DNA of 21,089 bases, taken from assembly GCA_051117555.1 (NCBI GenBank), contig JBNPEG010000256.1:17246-38334 (forward strand), given 5' to 3'. This DNA comes from Elainellaceae cyanobacterium (GTDB lineage Bacteria > Cyanobacteriota > Cyanobacteriia > CAZCXK01). Below are positions 18,718 to 21,089 of the stretch, in pieces (position 1 is the stretch's first letter; every line of letters begins with the position of its first letter). A program made the position numbers and the translations under genes. The notes under the pieces were generated by a model. It worked only from the letters and a program-made list of their open reading frames with translations, searched no databases and was not told where the DNA came from.

Positions 18718-19644
18718 TTACTCATTAGCATCATCTAAGCTACGCCGACCAATGCGATAGCGTTCTAGTCGCTTCATCGCCATCATCAAACTCATCTTCA
18801 TGCGGCGAAATGCCTCTGCAAGGGTGCCCACTTCGTCCTTCGATACATATTCAAAGTCAGCATCCATGTCTCCCGTGCTCACCGCCTCGGCAGTCATCGC
18901 CATCCGCTTGAGGGGGCGAATTACGAAACGTTTTAGCCATAGATTAACCATGAAAATTGCCGCAGCAAACGTCAACATCACGATTCCCATAATCAAAACA
19001 AATGACTGGCGAGCGCTTTGTCGGACTTGGCTAGCAGGAACCGAAATCATTTGAGCCCCCACAATTTCATTGAGTTCCCACCCAAACCCGTTTGCTGTCC
19101 CATAAAAATCGATCATGCTGCGGGGCGCTTCTTCCGGTACGCTATGGCATTCTAGGCAGCTTGCAGACGAAATTCTGATTGGACGAGCTAGATAAAACAA
19201 GTCTCCACTGGGCGTTGTGCGAAATCCTTTCACCTCTTGGAGATTTTCATTATCTCGAAAGCGATTGACAACATCGGCTTCAAATGCGTCTGCCTTGTCT
19301 CGAAGATTTGTTGGATTGAGCGTCGCTTCTTTGTAAAAGAACTCGCTATAGGATTGGTTTGACCGGAGTTTTTCAAAGACTTCTCGTGCTGAATAGGCTG
19401 GGACCGTTTCTGGTAAAAACTCCTCTTCTAATCGATCCGATAATTCAGGGTTCACCTGGGTGTCGGTGTAATTACGCACCGAGTTCATGGTTTCGATGAG
19501 CATCAGTGCTTTAGATGCGACCGTGTTGCGGGAGTTGTAGTTGAGAATGGCTGCTAAAGCGCTACCGCTGGCAAGCACCCCAATCAAGAACACAGCTAAC
19601 AAAAGAATCGTAAACTTTTGACCTAACTTAAGTTTCTTGAACAT
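18718..19644 (-). CDS. c-type heme (DUF3365/Tll0287-like) sensor with HAMP domain, no output domain
   Basis: TM1, extracytoplasmic domain with EATLNPTNLRDKAD and CLECH, TM2, HAMP (IRPLKRM...VSTGD...DEVGTLAEAFRRM), then a short tail. AGGAG SD upstream. Confidence 0.88.
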   Translation of the reverse strand: MFKKLKLGQKFTILLLAVFLIGVLASGSALAAILNYNSRNTVASKALMLIETMNSVRNYTDTQVNPELSDRLEEEFLPETVPAYSAREVFEKLRSNQSYSEFFYKEATLNPTNLRDKADAFEADVVNRFRDNENLQEVKGFRTTPSGDLFYLARPIRISSASCLECHSVPEEAPRSMIDFYGTANGFGWELNEIVGAQMISVPASQVRQSARQSFVLIMGIVMLTFAAAIFMVNLWLKRFVIRPLKRMAMTAEAVSTGDMDADFEYVSKDEVGTLAEAFRRMKMSLMMAMKRLERYRIGRRSLDDANE

Positions 19645-19668
19645 GCGATCGCTCCTAAAGTTAAGAGG

Positions 19669-19762
19669 TATAGCCCTACGGGCTTGGGTGTGTGGGTAGA
19701 ATCTCTGTACCGTGGGAGTTCTACACGCGTTTGAGGGCCTTACGCTCTCGCGTTAGGCTATA
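19669..19762. repeat. TATAGC-ended hairpin element, copy 5 (94 bp)
   Basis: TATAGCCCTACGGGCT...CCTTACGCTCTCGCGTTAGGCTATA with inner stem GTAGAA...TTCTAC. Confidence 0.85.
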
Positions 19763-19788
19763 AGCTTAAGTAGAAATGACCAAACTGA

Positions 19789-19891
19789 TATGGCGATTCT
19801 AAATCGCTTGTGAACCGTGGGTGAGCGGTGGGTGAGCGGTGGGGTGGTCGGCGATCGCCCCACCGCTCACAACCCATCTGGGATTGCTATA
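19789..19891. repeat. Second-type TATAGC-ended hairpin element (103 bp)
   Basis: Arms TATGGCGATTCTAAATCGCTTGTGA / TCACAACCCATCTGGGATTGCTATA (18/25 complementary). Inner perfect stem GTGAGCGGTGGGG/CCCCACCGCTCAC around a HIP1 site, plus an 11-bp tandem duplication. Confidence 0.8.
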
Positions 19892-20296
19892 TGATTTGAA
19901 GATATTAGATTAGGGGCTACAGAGTGAAAAATCCAGTCCTTTTCTTAATACATCACGGCGATCGCCCAAAGATGCTAGCGAATTAAGAGAGCATTAATAT
20001 CGACCTATTCAGATATCCTTGTCATTCCTACAAATTTAGAAAATTCGATTCCGGGAAAGCGCGGAGGTAAATTTGGAAAATTTGAACTCTGCGTTTCATA
20101 CACGATTTGGGACGCGTTCACACCGCGTTCTAAAGGTAAAGTGTCTCTGTCAAAAGAACGTGAGTCGCCAAGACAACGTGGAAATTAATAAGTTCTACAC
20201 GCACACTTAGTACAAGATGGCGGAAGTTTCATACCCGTAGTGGTGTGACATGCCTGAAATAGTGGAAATTCTTAAAGGGCTGAATCTCTTGAATCC

Positions 20297-20393
20297 GGTG
20301 CGTTATGCTGCGCTAACGACGCCCCTATTTTAGCTGTGCCACGCCAGTAGTGTGAGCGTCTCGCTCACGTCGCGGGCAAGATGTCTGCACTTA
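20297..20393. repeat. REP/REPIN-like palindromes
   Basis: GTAG-TGTGAGCG-TCT-CGCTCAC (20347-20368), followed by the degenerate inverted partner GCGGGCAAGATGTCTGCACT. A minus-strand ATAG-GGCGTCGTTA...TAACGCACC lies at 20297-20327. Confidence 0.6.
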
Positions 20394-20426
20394 AATGGTT
20401 GGCTTATTTTTGCCAAATAGTACTAG

Positions 20427-20966
20427 TCACGGGTTTGGTTGAAGCAACCAGACAGACTCCACTGACGCAACTTTTCCTTTTAATCCACCCGCTACGCTTT
20501 TGCGGTCGACACGTTTCAATCGGTAGATGGTGCCATAGAGTTGCTCGATTTCATGCTTATCGACCGAAAACGGGGGGCCATTCATCAGCAACGGGTCATA
20601 TTCATAGACAATCAGAAGCTGTGAGGCTCCATTCGTTAAGTTTATGAGGTGCGAAGCGTATTTTTGTCTTGTTTTTTCAGGTAGTGCAACTAACGCGGCG
20701 CGATCGTATATCGCGTTTATACGCCCAAGATATTCGGCAGATAGATCAAAAATGTCTCCTACAAATATGTCGATATCTTTGGATCTGTAATGAAGCAAAT
20801 TACCGACTGTGGCAATTTTCGGTTCCAGCCCAAGCTCTTTAAATAGCTTATTAACGGCGAAAGCGCTTAACTCTACACCAACGACTCGAAAACCCTGAGA
20901 CAGCAACCAACTTATATCGAGGGTCATGCCACACAGCGGCAGAAGTATCCGATCACCTTTTACTAG
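20427..20966 (-). pseudogene. tpm: Thiopurine S-methyltransferase, 5' end separated by an IS insertion
   Basis: LPLCG, VVGVELS, FVGDIFDL, IYDRAALVALP and GPPFSV motifs. The usual N-terminal ~30 aa (W..W...IGFH) is absent; upstream sequence switches to an IS end after CTAG. Confidence 0.8.
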
Positions 20967-21089
20967 ACTCATATCTTGCACCTAGGCAGCAGGAATGAGA
21001 AAAAAGGGCGTGGAACCAATAAATTGCAAGTCTCATGAAGATCCTTGCCCACGCCCAAGAGCTAATTTACCAACTGTTGGACAGGATGC
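20967..21089 (+). mobile_element. Left end of an IS701-like insertion sequence (partial)
   Basis: Begins ACTCATATCTTGCACC directly after CTAG (20963-20966). Inverted repeat GGGCGTGG/CCACGCCC spans the transposase start. Family recognition is from memory of cyanobacterial IS701-like ends. Confidence 0.65.
21035..21089 (+). CDS. Transposase N-terminus (MKILAHAQELIYQLLDRM...), partial
   Basis: Open frame to the window end. Resembles recalled N-termini of cyanobacterial IS701-like transposases (..ILAHAQ.LVY.LL.LMPS). Confidence 0.6.
   Translation, partial: MKILAHAQELIYQLLDRM

Noticed and set aside
20040..20065. TTCGATTCC as a tRNA T-arm or att remnant
   Set aside because: No preceding GG, no T-stem pairing and no acceptor stem or CCA.
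21006..21056. GGGCGTGG/CCACGCCC hairpin with a minus-strand T-tract as a riboswitch or attenuator for tpm
   Set aside because: Better explained as the structure overlapping the transposase start inside the IS end.

Overview
Cyanobacterial chromosomal window. More than 30 HIP1 octamers (GCGATCGC, manual count) and an hli gene support this; a filamentous Leptolyngbya-like host is an inference. The left two-thirds is mostly housekeeping or envelope genes: ABC ATPase, hli, asnS, a Tat-lipoprotein DUF362 protein, a DoxX-like protein, a Met-rich zinc-ribbon protein, class II aldolase, cell-wall amidase, MscS and pyrG. The most interesting block is 13272-19644, a probable signalling module. It has an orphan PhnD-like lipoprotein and two tandem soluble proteins built as class III cyclase + Ser/Thr kinase + two copies of a C-terminal helical repeat; one cyclase domain is intact and the other degenerate. 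Convergent with them is a membrane c-type-heme (CxxCH, DUF3365/Tll0287-like) HAMP sensor with no output domain. Six ~50-100 bp intergenic hairpin elements bounded by TATAGC...GCTATA-like ends are dispersed through the window, with apparently exchangeable or invertible arms. The window ends in REP-like palindromes and a thiopurine methyltransferase gene cut by an IS701-like element. Family assignments are from motif recognition only; no database search was run.
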